Positions 35,446 to 46,470 of a stretch of 64,000 bases of DNA are shown piece by piece. The translations under genes were made by a program, and so were the position numbers. Under the pieces are notes generated by a model. That model did not search any database. It was not told where the DNA came from and was given only the letters and a program-made list of their open reading frames with translations. This DNA is from an uncultured virus (IMG/VR IMGVR_UViG_3300011741_000001) (lineage: Duplodnaviria; Heunggongvirae; Uroviricota; Caudoviricetes): the IMG/VR virus record IMGVR_UViG_3300011741_000001, positions 1-64,000 of that record; one strand, written 5' to 3'. Each line of letters opens with the position of its first letter. Position 1 is the first letter of the stretch.

Positions 35446-36819
35446 ATGTCTGAACTGAAATACAACTTTGCTGAAGGCGGGTATAGTCTGGCTAATCAGC
35501 AACTTGCCACAGAATCCCGCACGTTCGATGCAGATGCCGACACGTTCGACGGCGATGGCCTCATTTACGACTTCGGCTTCGGGGGCTATATCCCTGCCGG
35601 ACAGATTGTTGCTGGGGAATCCACAAAGAATGACTCGTTACGTAAAGTGTTTGACGAGGTGTTTAAAAAGGTTGAGTTCAACAAACAACTGTACAAACGC
35701 ATCATGTATTACGTCTCCGGGGTGTTCTCCCGTGAGGGTAACGTGGAATGGTTTGGTTCGAATCTGTTAGGGGTGCACACCATTCGCTTCTTCGACACCG
35801 ACCGTTACGCGTTGTTCGATCAGGTGTTCGTGGTGGACGAGGATTACCTCACCGAACGGATGCGCGAAACCAACGCCATTGACATGTCATGGAAAGTGGC
35901 GGCTGACCCGTTCAACATGATGATTGCGTATTCCATTCACCGCCTGATTCCGTTATTCGGTGACAAAGACGCCTACCGGGCAGCAGTGGAACTGGTGAAA
36001 CTCTTGCAGTTTAAATTCTACTCGAGTATCTACTACCACTTCTTCCCGAAACCGGTCGACATGCCCGCGGCGGAAGCCACGTACTCACAGCTCTCCCTGA
36101 AGTTTGACATCCGTCGCGTGGGGAACTGGGGCATGCACGTGCAGGAACGTGCGGAAGCGTTCGTGTCCAAAGACTACCCGAACTACGATGCGATTAAACG
36201 CTTTGACAACCCCGCGTTGCTGATTCGTTTTATCACGGACTTGAACACCCGTACCAAACAAACCGTGAAGGATTACTACGCAGTGTTAGACCGGGTGCGG
36301 CGTGAGAACAGCCGCGTGATTACCCAAAGCTCCCGTGTGGAACTCGACGGGGAATCCATTATCCGTGACAAAGTAACCGCGTTTAACACGGCCAAGCAAA
36401 ACCTGTTCGACGCCTCGTACAGCATCAACAACCTCTACAAAGAGGAGCTGGCGCGGGTGGTACTGGAGATGGTGCCGAAGGCATCCCCGAACGCCTTAAA
36501 AACGTTATTGCTGTATATTACGAAAGCCCCACTGGGCAAGAAACGTCAAGAGGTAGAGTCCATCATGGAAGACGCGATTTCCCATGCGTTTGACTTGATT
36601 GTGGCGAACCGGATTAACTTCACCGATGTCGCAGCTTTGCTCAATCGGATGCGGGCGCTGTACCAAGCGGCCAAGTCCTCGAACGAGCATGTGTTGTCGT
36701 TGCGTAAACGGATTGAAGCGTTAGCGAAAAAAGAGACCCACCTGACCCATGACTCTGCTCTGGGTGCTTTACGAACGGCGCTGTTGTTGTACTTTCTCGT
36801 GCGTGCTATTGCAGTCTAA
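35446..36819 (+). CDS. Conserved virion (probably head) protein
   Basis: 457 aa, GAGG RBS; N-terminal A-x-E sites (ATE, AGE); bidirectional terminator at 36833-36863. Confidence 0.7.
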   Translation: MSELKYNFAEGGYSLANQQLATESRTFDADADTFDGDGLIYDFGFGGYIPAGQIVAGESTKNDSLRKVFDEVFKKVEFNKQLYKRIMYYVSGVFSREGNVEWFGSNLLGVHTIRFFDTDRYALFDQVFVVDEDYLTERMRETNAIDMSWKVAADPFNMMIAYSIHRLIPLFGDKDAYRAAVELVKLLQFKFYSSIYYHFFPKPVDMPAAEATYSQLSLKFDIRRVGNWGMHVQERAEAFVSKDYPNYDAIKRFDNPALLIRFITDLNTRTKQTVKDYYAVLDRVRRENSRVITQSSRVELDGESIIRDKVTAFNTAKQNLFDASYSINNLYKEELARVVLEMVPKASPNALKTLLLYITKAPLGKKRQEVESIMEDAISHAFDLIVANRINFTDVAALLNRMRALYQAAKSSNEHVLSLRKRIEALAKKETHLTHDSALGALRTALLLYFLVRAIAV

Positions 36820-36889
36820 ATAAAAAAGAAGAAATACCCCTACCCCGTCATGGGTAGGGGTATTATATTTTTGTTTTGGTGGAACGACC

Positions 36890-37132
36890 TTATAAGCTGT
36901 TCGCCGCTAAGACCGCCGCCTGATGCAAGTGATAGATGTGGAGCATGCCAGTATTAATACCCATCCCGAAAGTCACAGCACCGAGCACCACAACCACACG
37001 GCTGCGGACGAGTACGGCTTGACCGAACCCTTCTCGTTTGCCTTGATCACGGATTGCCTGCAACATGTGGTACGTCATGGTAAACAATATACTCCAGAGT
37101 ACCACTGAGCAAAGCAGATAAGATACAGTCAT
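36890..37132 (-). CDS. Small membrane protein with two TM segments
   Basis: 80 aa, TAATG overlap with the terminase stop. Confidence 0.6.
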   Translation of the reverse strand: MTVSYLLCSVVLWSILFTMTYHMLQAIRDQGKREGFGQAVLVRSRVVVVLGAVTFGMGINTGMLHIYHLHQAAVLAANSL

Positions 37133-39237
37133 TATTTCATCCTTTGTCGCTGGAGCAGCTCTTTCAAGCTTTCCATAGATGCGACGTTCCTCATATCAGT
37201 GTTAAGTTGACCAACGAGCGATTGAAGTTGGTTATGTAACACCATAGACCGTACCGGGCACGTAACCCCCTGCGTAGCCCGCACGACCTCCTCAATCTCT
37301 CCCATTAGCCGCTGTTGTTTTTCTTCTTCTTCCACCAACAAGTCTTCGTCTTGGTCTTTACCGCCTTCGAGCATGGTTTTGTTGCGAATCATCAAACGGT
37401 TATTACTGAGACCGTAATGGCCTAAGTTGTTCCCGAAGATGAGCAGCCACATTGCCAGCAGCCAGGAGATTACCAAGTCATCGTGACCAGAACGTTGATG
37501 GTCGATGCGTCCATTACGCTCGACCAGCCCGAGGATTTGGTCGATCAGTTCCCCGGAACGGATGAGGTGCGCAGATATTCGCAGGGCCATGGTGAAAACT
37601 TCCCCATAAAGCTTACGGCGTTTATCCTGGTCCGTTGCAAAGCCGATGTATTTACGGAACTTATCCCAGAATTTCTCTGGGAAATTACCCGGCCCGCGAC
37701 GAAACTCTTTCAAGAGCTCATCGTTGCGGGAATGGTCCTGGGTAATGCGCACGTACAGACGTCGGTGTAGGTCAGGAATCTTCGATTGCAGCTGCAAGAT
37801 TATTGCATCGGCCACCGAGCTTCCTGTACTACGTCTTTCTAAAATGAGAACAGTGTTCTCATACTTTATCATGAAATTCGCAAGGTGGATTGCGAACCCG
37901 ATAACGTTGGTCTCGTTCACCGTCAATTTACCCGCATACTCTGCCGTTTCGCCATTTACAATGGACATGGCGATGGCATCGCGCCCTACCGCTTCGGAAG
38001 TATCCAATCCGATGATGTGGCGCGCACGCAGTTTCGACGACATCTCTTCTTGCTTGTAATACCAGTCGAGTACGTACCCTCCAGAAGAAATGTCTTTAAA
38101 CGTAGCGCGACGTCTGGACTTCGTCATACGGGCGGCGTCTTCTTCCGAGTAAGGTTTGTTCAATCCGCCGGTTGTCCATTGACCCCCGTAGTCACGACGG
38201 ATTTGGTCAGGTGTACCGGTGGCGTTCGAGATCATCCCAGCGAGTTCTTCGTCGCTGGTGCCAAGCTGACGGTGGTTGAATTTCACGTAGAACATCACAC
38301 GCGGAATCAGTGCCGTGGTGTTCTTCGCAATCAACTCAATCAACGCCGAACGTGACTGGATGTCAAGGTAGCGTTCATCCCACATAATCCCCGACGTCAT
38401 GATGTCGTACATGTACCGGCCTTCTGGCGTCGCCAAGTCGCCCGGCGTGGTAGCAAACACGTTACCGTAGGGTACGCCATTCTCTTCGTTGATACGACGT
38501 GCTGCGGTACCCGACCCCAGCGCCGCGGGCAGGATGTGGTGAATGTTTTTGGTGAACGGGCCTTCATCCGAGAACAGACGGCCGGCGGTGAGTCCACGAC
38601 CCACGCCGTTGGCAGACTGCTCGTCGTTCTGACCAATCGCCGTGATGAGTTTGTTACCCATCGCCAGACACGCAAAGGCTTCTTTGTTGTCCGGGTCATC
38701 TTCGTGCATCGGCCACAGGAATGGTGGTAGACCGTCACGCAAACGCTTCAGGGTGGTGATGGTTTCTTCACGCAGCACCGGGCCTTTGGTGATGTGAATA
38801 GTACGGGAGTTCTCGAGGAAGCGTAACAACCACGATTCCAGTGAGGCGACACCGATGGTTTTACCGTGCTGACGGAGGAACTCCAACGCGACGTCAATGT
38901 TGTTGAAGAAAATCCAGTACAGGGCAAAGTTACCGCGGTCGATTTTGAACGGTACACCGTTGGTACCATCGGCCGGGATGCGTAAGCACTCACGGAAGTA
39001 ATACCATGGGTTCTCGGCACACTCCTGAATGATGTCCGCCTGTTGGGCCGGTGTCAGGTTCGGGTCGAACGGGTCGACGTCTTTCAACGCCGGGTTGTGT
39101 AAGGCCAGGTGCACGTAGTAATGCCGTACCCCGAGCTTCTGCAACGTTTTGGCAAACTTGATGAAGTGTTTGTTCTTGGTTGTGTCGTGCACCACCGAGC
39201 CGGGGTAATACGCCCAGTCACTTTCACGTAATATCAT
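37132..39237 (-). CDS. terL: Terminase large subunit
   Basis: Walker A LRQHGKT, Walker B LFSDEG, coupling motif ATT, nuclease motifs IGLDTS, ILERRS, HDDLVIS. Confidence 0.95.
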   Translation of the reverse strand: MILRESDWAYYPGSVVHDTTKNKHFIKFAKTLQKLGVRHYYVHLALHNPALKDVDPFDPNLTPAQQADIIQECAENPWYYFRECLRIPADGTNGVPFKIDRGNFALYWIFFNNIDVALEFLRQHGKTIGVASLESWLLRFLENSRTIHITKGPVLREETITTLKRLRDGLPPFLWPMHEDDPDNKEAFACLAMGNKLITAIGQNDEQSANGVGRGLTAGRLFSDEGPFTKNIHHILPAALGSGTAARRINEENGVPYGNVFATTPGDLATPEGRYMYDIMTSGIMWDERYLDIQSRSALIELIAKNTTALIPRVMFYVKFNHRQLGTSDEELAGMISNATGTPDQIRRDYGGQWTTGGLNKPYSEEDAARMTKSRRRATFKDISSGGYVLDWYYKQEEMSSKLRARHIIGLDTSEAVGRDAIAMSIVNGETAEYAGKLTVNETNVIGFAIHLANFMIKYENTVLILERRSTGSSVADAIILQLQSKIPDLHRRLYVRITQDHSRNDELLKEFRRGPGNFPEKFWDKFRKYIGFATDQDKRRKLYGEVFTMALRISAHLIRSGELIDQILGLVERNGRIDHQRSGHDDLVISWLLAMWLLIFGNNLGHYGLSNNRLMIRNKTMLEGGKDQDEDLLVEEEEKQQRLMGEIEEVVRATQGVTCPVRSMVLHNQLQSLVGQLNTDMRNVASMESLKELLQRQRMK

Positions 39238-39281
39238 ACTGACCTCCTGACCCTCCTGCCCGAAGGCAGGAGGGCGCAGTA

Positions 39282-40925
39282 TTATTCGATGTGGTGAGCC
39301 AGCATCGGGGTCGCAGCAAGCTGCAGGGTATCGGTCGGGCCACGTTTCAACCAGCGAATCACCAGTGAGGCATTCAAGCCCACTTTGTAGTTCACGGTTT
39401 TCTTACTGAGCCACTCGTCGACGCTGTAGGTGTAAATGTTACCCCCTACGTGAATCTCAAAGTGGGTCGGTACCGGTGGGGCATCTTCGTTACGGCGATC
39501 GTACAGCGGGTACGCGGTGTCATACAGCGCAGCCAACCATTCGGCTTTCGACGTCTTCTTACAACTGACGTCGAGTTCGGAATAGGTGACGTTGGAGTAT
39601 TTGAACTCGGCCCAGATGTTCTCACCGAGCACCAGACCATTCGGCAGGTACGACAGCAAGAAGTTGGTGTTGAGTTCGGTACCCGGATTGATCAGCGTAA
39701 TGTCAAACGACTGTGCGTGAATGAACGTCCGGTATTGCGCGTTCACTTTGCTGATGTCACACTGCACGTTCAGGCGTTGTTTCACCCCGTACAACAGCGG
39801 GTCAAACGTGTTGCCGGTCGTGTAGAGGACATACGCCGTCGCGTCGTAGACTTGACCACGGGTCAGGTTGTACAACAGATACTGCAAACGATAACCGCGA
39901 GTAGCATCAAGCCATGTTGGAATCGCAAACAGTTTCATGGAGTACGCTCCGTCCACCGCTTCCGTAGACGCCACGTAGTCTTTCACGATGACGTTGCCGT
40001 TCACCAAATCATCACCGACGTAGGATTCCCCTTTCGCCAGTTGATAACTCAACACACACGGCAACTCATTACCCGCGTTACTCGCGATGTAATAGGTGTC
40101 ATGTGCCCCGGCATTACGCAAGCCATTGAACTTGACACGGGTACCGTCTACCGCCAGACGTTTACTGCCGTCGCTGTACTGCACCACACACCACAACGGG
40201 ATCGATTCCAGTGGCATGTTAATCGGCAGGGTCAGCACGTTGGAATTCTCATCCACAATGAACGGGGATTCCAGTTTGATGCCGAGCACCTGACGAGCCG
40301 GTGTTTCCAGCGCCATCACCAGACTGGTGAGGATGAAATAGCCCACGCCCATGGCGACACCGTTACCGACGTCGTCGTAGACGATAAAGCTGAACATCTC
40401 ACCGTGACTGACCGCGGCCAGACATGCCCCGTTCATCGCCTGCTTCACCACGGTCTCTGCACCGGCCACCGAGATGGTTGCCATCGGCAGGTAGGTCGAA
40501 TCCAGTCGGCCATTTTTGTAATAGCCCGACAGAATCTCGCCAGTGTCCGTGATGTCCGTGCCACGGAACACACGCACCGCGTGCACATCCGCCCCGTTCC
40601 AGTTGACGTTGTTATCAAACACCATCGTCGCCGGGTTTTTACTGGTGTCGACGTAGATACGGAATTTATCCGAGCGCAATGGATAGTGACCGCCCAGCGG
40701 CGTCCCGTCATTCACGACCGGGATACCGTTGATGGCTTTCTCTGTCCACGTTAGATGGGTGTAGTCCGCGTTGGTGACTTCAAAAGTCAGCCCCAGCGTT
40801 TTACGCCAAATCCAGTCGCCGTTGTTCGGCATATAGCCGGTACCGGTCGCTGCATCGTAGAAGTCGCCTTCACCCCATACTCGGAACCCGCGATCTCTAT
40901 CGACAATGTTGGTAGATAAAGCCAT
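39282..40925 (-). CDS. Virion structural protein (phiKZ gp26 position)
   Basis: 547 aa, beta-rich, between terminase and sheath. Confidence 0.75.
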   Translation of the reverse strand: MALSTNIVDRDRGFRVWGEGDFYDAATGTGYMPNNGDWIWRKTLGLTFEVTNADYTHLTWTEKAINGIPVVNDGTPLGGHYPLRSDKFRIYVDTSKNPATMVFDNNVNWNGADVHAVRVFRGTDITDTGEILSGYYKNGRLDSTYLPMATISVAGAETVVKQAMNGACLAAVSHGEMFSFIVYDDVGNGVAMGVGYFILTSLVMALETPARQVLGIKLESPFIVDENSNVLTLPINMPLESIPLWCVVQYSDGSKRLAVDGTRVKFNGLRNAGAHDTYYIASNAGNELPCVLSYQLAKGESYVGDDLVNGNVIVKDYVASTEAVDGAYSMKLFAIPTWLDATRGYRLQYLLYNLTRGQVYDATAYVLYTTGNTFDPLLYGVKQRLNVQCDISKVNAQYRTFIHAQSFDITLINPGTELNTNFLLSYLPNGLVLGENIWAEFKYSNVTYSELDVSCKKTSKAEWLAALYDTAYPLYDRRNEDAPPVPTHFEIHVGGNIYTYSVDEWLSKKTVNYKVGLNASLVIRWLKRGPTDTLQLAATPMLAHHIE

Positions 40926-40928
40926 GGA

Positions 40929-43442
40929 TTAGCCCTTAATTTTCAGATACTGGTTAAGCTGTACGTTGCCTTGCAGATAGCGCTGGTTTACACGGTCGCA
41001 GAACGCAAACGTCAGCTCATCCACTTCCATTACGGTGTACTGCATGTGCGGGTGCACCTTGACGAAGATTTTGTCGTACCCGAAATACGCCGGGTCGAAC
41101 TTCAGCAGGTTTTCATAACCGGCTTTCATGATCTCGTCGAGCTGCTTTGTGGAGATACGCACATCGGGATCGTCTTCCACCAAATCCAGCAACCCTTGTT
41201 TCCGATCCCAGAGGATTTTGTTCAGCACTGGCGAGAACAGATGGTACCAGTTAGCCAAATCCACAATCGGGTTCGGCGGCGGGGTTGGAATCCAGTTACT
41301 GAGGTAGTCCTCAATACGCCTGTCCTGATCACGTGCTTTATCCCGCAACACATACGTGTCCCCTGAGGCGACGTCCCGCAGCGGAATCGTGGGGTCGTCT
41401 ACCGAGAACGGGAAACCGTCTGCCACGACATCAGAACCCACAGTGGCGTCTTCACGGAACACCACGTCTTCACGCAGTAACAACCCGCCGCCGGCCACGA
41501 TGCGAATGACTTTGTCATCCCGCACGTCAAAGTGGGAGTTGTTGGAGAACAGTCCGTTGGCCACGAATCCGCATTTCGGAATCTTCAGCTCACCGGTCAC
41601 TCCACGTACACGCACCGCAATACGGTTAGTGTCGGTGTCAGACGTCCACGCTTTGCACACCACCACAAACTCCGGCCACGAAGACACGTAGTCGATAGAG
41701 TGTACCAACGGGTGTCCGTTCATCCACACTTCCACGGTTTCCATTGGAATCCACAGCGTGCGTTGCTCACCCGTTTGGTTCTCCGCCAGAATCGGCACCC
41801 GGATAACCCCTTCGGTGACTTTGACATCGTACTCGAAGAACAGGTGCTGGGAATCGTAAATCACGGTTGGGGCACGACGGGTACGGTCAACTTTCCACGT
41901 GATGAGATCCCCGTTACGGGTGTAGTCGGTGTCTTCCACCGCTTTCTCATACACGTCCTGCGGCACACCGCTTTTCACGGTACGCAGGTACAGCGACACG
42001 TTTTCCCCGTGGACTAAGGTAAAGTCCGGTGCGTTGTCGACAATCTTCACACTCTTGCCTGCCGTCCCCACAATCGCTTCCACCATACGGGCTTTGCTGT
42101 TGCGGGCGTAGTACAAGGTGTTATTGACATTCGGGTACGCACCCAACAACAACCCATCTGCGTCGTACTCGTAGACCGTGGATTCTACCGCGAGTAACGC
42201 CGGCAACGAACAACCCCAACCGCGTGCATCCAACACCAGACGTTGTGGCGTGTCAGCACAGTAGCGGGTGATCGCGTTGTAACCGTAGGCATCGGTTGCC
42301 AAATCCCGGGTGATGTTCTTGCGCTGTGCGGCGGCTAAACGGTTGGCTGCAGACTGTTCTAAGTTTGCCGCTTGCCATTCCACCACGTTGGCGTTCGCCC
42401 CCACCATGGCACTGATAATCCCGGCATCGTCGAGACGGTACAAATCCTGCACGTGGTCGGTGTTAAACAGCGGAGCCAAGTCCAGGAAATCGTCACGAAT
42501 CAACAGACGGATTTTCAGGGTGTCGATGTCCGGCACGGTGTCAAACGCGTTACGCAATTGGGCAATGCGTTCGGTCGGGATAGCCACGTCGTTGAACGTC
42601 AGATTACGAATCGCCTGATGGCGGTGCAGATGGTAGTAACGGATTTCCCGTCCGTTCATCACCTGAATTTCGATATCGTTGTTAAACGTCCACTCGATGG
42701 ATTGTTTCGGCAGGTGCAGCAGATACTTACGTTTGCTGTCGAGTGTAGAGAGATACGTTTGCAAATCCCCACAGACGAAATCCACCACCCTTTTCACACG
42801 CCCGTCGATACGGATCTCCACGTCGTCCCACAACGCGATATCGTTGGCGGTCGGGGCATCCAGACACTTCCCGTTAATCCAGAACGTGACCCAGCCTTTC
42901 GCAGAACTGCGCAGGGCGTAATACTGGTCGAGCGCATCCTGACGCTTTTTGATGCTCGGGATTTCCAGATACTGTACCGACGTGGGGTTAATCAGGGGCG
43001 CGTTCGCACCGCCGTTGTAGCCCGGATAGAAACGGATGTAGAGCGTATCGTTTTCCACCCAGTTGTAACGTTCGGCTTGCGGCACGGCCAACACAACTTC
43101 GCCGTTACCGCGACGGTACAGCCACGCGCTGTGTGCCGGCAGGCTGATACCCGCTTCGTTGTAAAGTAAGATGAATGCACTGAAAGCATTGATGCAGGTG
43201 GAGACCCGCGTCCACAAATTCGCCCCCAGGGCGAGGTTGCCGTAATTCAGATGCAGTTTGCCCAGATGGTAAATGTGCCAATAACCCGGCCCCGGCATCG
43301 GGGTACGGGTGATGGATTCGCGGACAAACGATGTCCCACCCCGACGTGGGGTCAGACGCCGTCCGGCGATAATCAGCTGGCCATCCAAATAAGGGCGTTG
43401 CCACGCGTGGGACGCTGCGTGGTTTGAGAGCCAAGTCTCCAT
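40929..43442 (-). CDS. Virion structural protein (phiKZ gp27 position)
   Basis: 837 aa, GAGG RBS, synteny. Confidence 0.75.
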   Translation of the reverse strand: METWLSNHAASHAWQRPYLDGQLIIAGRRLTPRRGGTSFVRESITRTPMPGPGYWHIYHLGKLHLNYGNLALGANLWTRVSTCINAFSAFILLYNEAGISLPAHSAWLYRRGNGEVVLAVPQAERYNWVENDTLYIRFYPGYNGGANAPLINPTSVQYLEIPSIKKRQDALDQYYALRSSAKGWVTFWINGKCLDAPTANDIALWDDVEIRIDGRVKRVVDFVCGDLQTYLSTLDSKRKYLLHLPKQSIEWTFNNDIEIQVMNGREIRYYHLHRHQAIRNLTFNDVAIPTERIAQLRNAFDTVPDIDTLKIRLLIRDDFLDLAPLFNTDHVQDLYRLDDAGIISAMVGANANVVEWQAANLEQSAANRLAAAQRKNITRDLATDAYGYNAITRYCADTPQRLVLDARGWGCSLPALLAVESTVYEYDADGLLLGAYPNVNNTLYYARNSKARMVEAIVGTAGKSVKIVDNAPDFTLVHGENVSLYLRTVKSGVPQDVYEKAVEDTDYTRNGDLITWKVDRTRRAPTVIYDSQHLFFEYDVKVTEGVIRVPILAENQTGEQRTLWIPMETVEVWMNGHPLVHSIDYVSSWPEFVVVCKAWTSDTDTNRIAVRVRGVTGELKIPKCGFVANGLFSNNSHFDVRDDKVIRIVAGGGLLLREDVVFREDATVGSDVVADGFPFSVDDPTIPLRDVASGDTYVLRDKARDQDRRIEDYLSNWIPTPPPNPIVDLANWYHLFSPVLNKILWDRKQGLLDLVEDDPDVRISTKQLDEIMKAGYENLLKFDPAYFGYDKIFVKVHPHMQYTVMEVDELTFAFCDRVNQRYLQGNVQLNQYLKIKG

Positions 43443-43452
43443 GTCATGCCTC

Positions 43453-44361
43453 TTACTGTATGTTAGTCGGTTTGGAGTTCTGGTTCAAAATGGTGTTATA
43501 GGTGAACAAGAACTTGTCACTGCGCTTGCCGGTCTGCGACTTCTTCACGACGCCGCCGATACGGCAGCGGTTGAACATGTTGTTCTGCATACACGCTTTG
43601 ATAATCACCAGCAGACTTGGCGGGTACTCGATAGCACTGGTACACAGTTGCTTTTCGAAACTCACACCGAAGAAACTGGTGTTCAGCGCTTGTTGCAGCG
43701 TCAACACCGAGAAGTCTTTCAGACGGGAACTGATGTCAGCGGCCTGCACCATCTCCACGAATTCTTCCGCGTTACGCGGGAACAGGAACTCGGTGTGGCC
43801 GGTCGCCGACTCGAACAATTCCATCGGAATCGTGAGTTCACGACTCAGGAATTGCTGCAAACGCATCAGGTGCAGGTCATCGGAAAAGTTGTTATAGAAC
43901 TGTCCGACAGAGAACAGCGCCGCCAGTGCCTGTATCTGACCGCTTTGATATGGAGTGAGTGCGTACGTGTGCGTAATGGCATCCGACACCCATTTACTAT
44001 ATATCTCGTGGTGATACGGGAGTTGTGCCATCAGTGCACCGAGCTTACTACTGTTCCGTTTCCACACTAATTCCCATCGTGCCTGATCGAGACGCAATGC
44101 GTGTTCGATTGGGTTACGAATTTTTAGCTCGCCGGCTCTGTCCAGCGTGGTAAATGTACGTGCATCCACATACACGTCACTCTCGACAACAATCGGGAGA
44201 GGAAACGGTTTCACATCGGCGGCAGTCTCAATCACGTAATGCACTTCTTCAGACTGGGCGACCGTTTGATTTAATTTACGTGCCAGCTCCAGCTGGGCTT
44301 TGAGAGAAACCAGGTCAAAGCTGCGAAAGACATTGCCTGTGTAAGCGTTTTCAAGTGCCAT
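43453..44361 (-). CDS. Virion structural protein (phiKZ gp28 position)
   Basis: 302 aa, AAGGT RBS, divergent from the sheath gene. Confidence 0.72.
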   Translation of the reverse strand: MALENAYTGNVFRSFDLVSLKAQLELARKLNQTVAQSEEVHYVIETAADVKPFPLPIVVESDVYVDARTFTTLDRAGELKIRNPIEHALRLDQARWELVWKRNSSKLGALMAQLPYHHEIYSKWVSDAITHTYALTPYQSGQIQALAALFSVGQFYNNFSDDLHLMRLQQFLSRELTIPMELFESATGHTEFLFPRNAEEFVEMVQAADISSRLKDFSVLTLQQALNTSFFGVSFEKQLCTSAIEYPPSLLVIIKACMQNNMFNRCRIGGVVKKSQTGKRSDKFLFTYNTILNQNSKPTNIQ

Positions 44362-44421
44362 GAGAGATTACCTTAGTATGACCAACTGGTCTTTAAAAGA
44401 CGAATATATGGAGAAGCGTCC

Positions 44422-46467
44422 ATGAGTACCTTTATTGCACGGAATGGCGCGCCGTTGAATGACAAGCAGGGGTGGCAGGACAACTCTGTTGCCGAGCTTG
44501 TGCGGTCACCCACGGGCGATCCGATTCATAAGCCGCTGACCTTTACCTTCGCCCAGCGCGGGGTAGAAAACGAAGCGTTCCCAGTCGTTGGGGACAATGC
44601 GTTATCCATCTTTGGTCGTAACCTCTTCGATTTACGTGGAGACTACGTGACGTTCAACACGCCATTCATGGCGATGTTCAATGCCAATGCCAACGAGCAG
44701 ATGATGCAGCGTGTGTGTGCCGATGACGCCGCACTCGCAACCCACCGTCTGGTGGCGGACGTTCTGGAAACAGATACGCCGAAATACGTGCGTGATGCTA
44801 ACGGTAACATCGAATACGATGCGACCGGTAAGCCAAAAGTTGATTCGCAGATCTCTGGCGTGCAGATTGTATTCCGTGTAGTAGAAATCAATGAAACCAC
44901 CGGGCTGTTCGGCGCGGGCAAAGTCATTGACGGCTCACTCGAAGGTGCCGGTGGCGTGAAATCGAAGCTGTATCCGATTCACGACATCAAAGCCCCGTAC
45001 CGCGGTAAAGATGCGAATGGTTTCGGCTATCGCCTGATCCCACTGAACGCTAAGTCATCACCACAACTGTCAGCCTCTTACCAGAGCGCGGTCGGTGGTC
45101 GTGTGTACAGCTTGCAGTGGTTTGAAAAGCTGCAAGGCGTAACCTCTCCAGTTATCTGGAAAACCACAGGCGGTCTGAACAGCATTAACTTCAGCTTCAA
45201 GCCGGATGCATACTATTTGCCGATGAAAGTCGATCTGGACTTCGATAATATCGTAAAAGATAGCTATCGTAACACGTTGCCGGACTACGGTAACCTGCCA
45301 GACTACGGCCCATTCGAAGAGTGGTACGTGTACCGTGAGAACCTCGAAGCAGTGCTGACGCTGGCGCAGTCTAAGATTGTCAACGGCCCGAACGACCCGT
45401 ACCTCGTCGATATCTTCGGCGGTGTGGATCTGAACGGTCAGCTGTATGACGGTCTGGTGGTCAACCCGGCTACTGTCACCGGTAAAGTCAGCTTCAACGG
45501 CAGCAGCGTCCTGTACCTGTCTGGCGGTAGCGACGGCACCATGGGCGATGACAAATACGATGAACTGGTTCGTCGTGAAATGTCACTGTTCCCGGACGGT
45601 GGTCTGGTGCGTTACGACAACGAGTTGAAATACTCGCTGGGTTGCTTCTGGGATTCGGGCTTCTCGTTCGATACCAAAGAAGCGCTGCGTAACCTGATTG
45701 CCGGTTCACGCAACACATTCCTCGCCCTGTGTACTTACGTGTACAACGAAGGCCGTAATGACTCGCAGACTGAAGAAGCTGCGAAGATTGCACTGAACGA
45801 GCTTATCACTGCGATTCCAGAATCGGACTACTACGGTACTCCGGCTGCGCGTGGTATGATCGCCGGTCAAACGGGCTTGCTGCGTAACTCCTCGTGGAAG
45901 AAACCGGTTCCGATGCTGTATAGCCTCGCGAGCTTCTTCTCCAAATACATGGGGTCAGACGAAGGCACGTGTAAACCAGAATACCGCTTCAACCGTGGTT
46001 CTAAAACCATTATTGAAGATCTGGCGGATCTGTCTGAGCCGTGGAAAGGTAACGAGCAGTATGCGAATGACTGGGATACCAATCTCATCACCGCACGCAG
46101 CTACGATTACTACCGTCTGTTCATCCCGGCGATTCAGTCTATCTATTCTGAAGACCGCTCGGTGCTGAACAACGCGGTGTTCAACTTCATCATGACGTAC
46201 GTCTACCGTGTCTCTGACCGTGTGTGGGCTGACACCACTGGTGAAGATCGCATGACCCGTGAAGAAATCGCGAAGGATATTGAAAACAATATCATTGAGC
46301 GCTTGGCGGGTAAACTGGATGGTATCGCTGACATCACGCCGTCAGCGTACTTCACCGCAGAAGACATTGCCAACGGCTTCTCAGTCCATCTGGATCTGAA
46401 CGCTTTCGGCGGCGTCCTGCTGACCCAGTTCAAAACCACCATTCGCGTGTTCCGTCGGGAGGGCTAA
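44422..46467 (+). CDS. Contractile tail sheath protein (phiKZ gp29-like)
   Basis: 681 aa, strongly biased codons, YLSGGSDG and FWDSGF motifs, followed by a tube-sized gene. Confidence 0.9.
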   Translation: MSTFIARNGAPLNDKQGWQDNSVAELVRSPTGDPIHKPLTFTFAQRGVENEAFPVVGDNALSIFGRNLFDLRGDYVTFNTPFMAMFNANANEQMMQRVCADDAALATHRLVADVLETDTPKYVRDANGNIEYDATGKPKVDSQISGVQIVFRVVEINETTGLFGAGKVIDGSLEGAGGVKSKLYPIHDIKAPYRGKDANGFGYRLIPLNAKSSPQLSASYQSAVGGRVYSLQWFEKLQGVTSPVIWKTTGGLNSINFSFKPDAYYLPMKVDLDFDNIVKDSYRNTLPDYGNLPDYGPFEEWYVYRENLEAVLTLAQSKIVNGPNDPYLVDIFGGVDLNGQLYDGLVVNPATVTGKVSFNGSSVLYLSGGSDGTMGDDKYDELVRREMSLFPDGGLVRYDNELKYSLGCFWDSGFSFDTKEALRNLIAGSRNTFLALCTYVYNEGRNDSQTEEAAKIALNELITAIPESDYYGTPAARGMIAGQTGLLRNSSWKKPVPMLYSLASFFSKYMGSDEGTCKPEYRFNRGSKTIIEDLADLSEPWKGNEQYANDWDTNLITARSYDYYRLFIPAIQSIYSEDRSVLNNAVFNFIMTYVYRVSDRVWADTTGEDRMTREEIAKDIENNIIERLAGKLDGIADITPSAYFTAEDIANGFSVHLDLNAFGGVLLTQFKTTIRVFRREG

Positions 46468-46470
46468 TTA

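Noticed and set aside
36890..37132. Holin assignment for the 2-TM protein after the terminase
   Set aside because: No adjacent endolysin or spanin and no charged C-tail; hydrophobicity alone is insufficient
39450..40754. 434-aa + strand ORF, and other long antisense ORFs such as 45-791, 2423-3295, 7474-8247 and 42372-43169
   Set aside because: Shadow frames antisense to well-supported genes, with no RBS and the H/R/V/Q-rich composition typical of reverse-complemented biased codons
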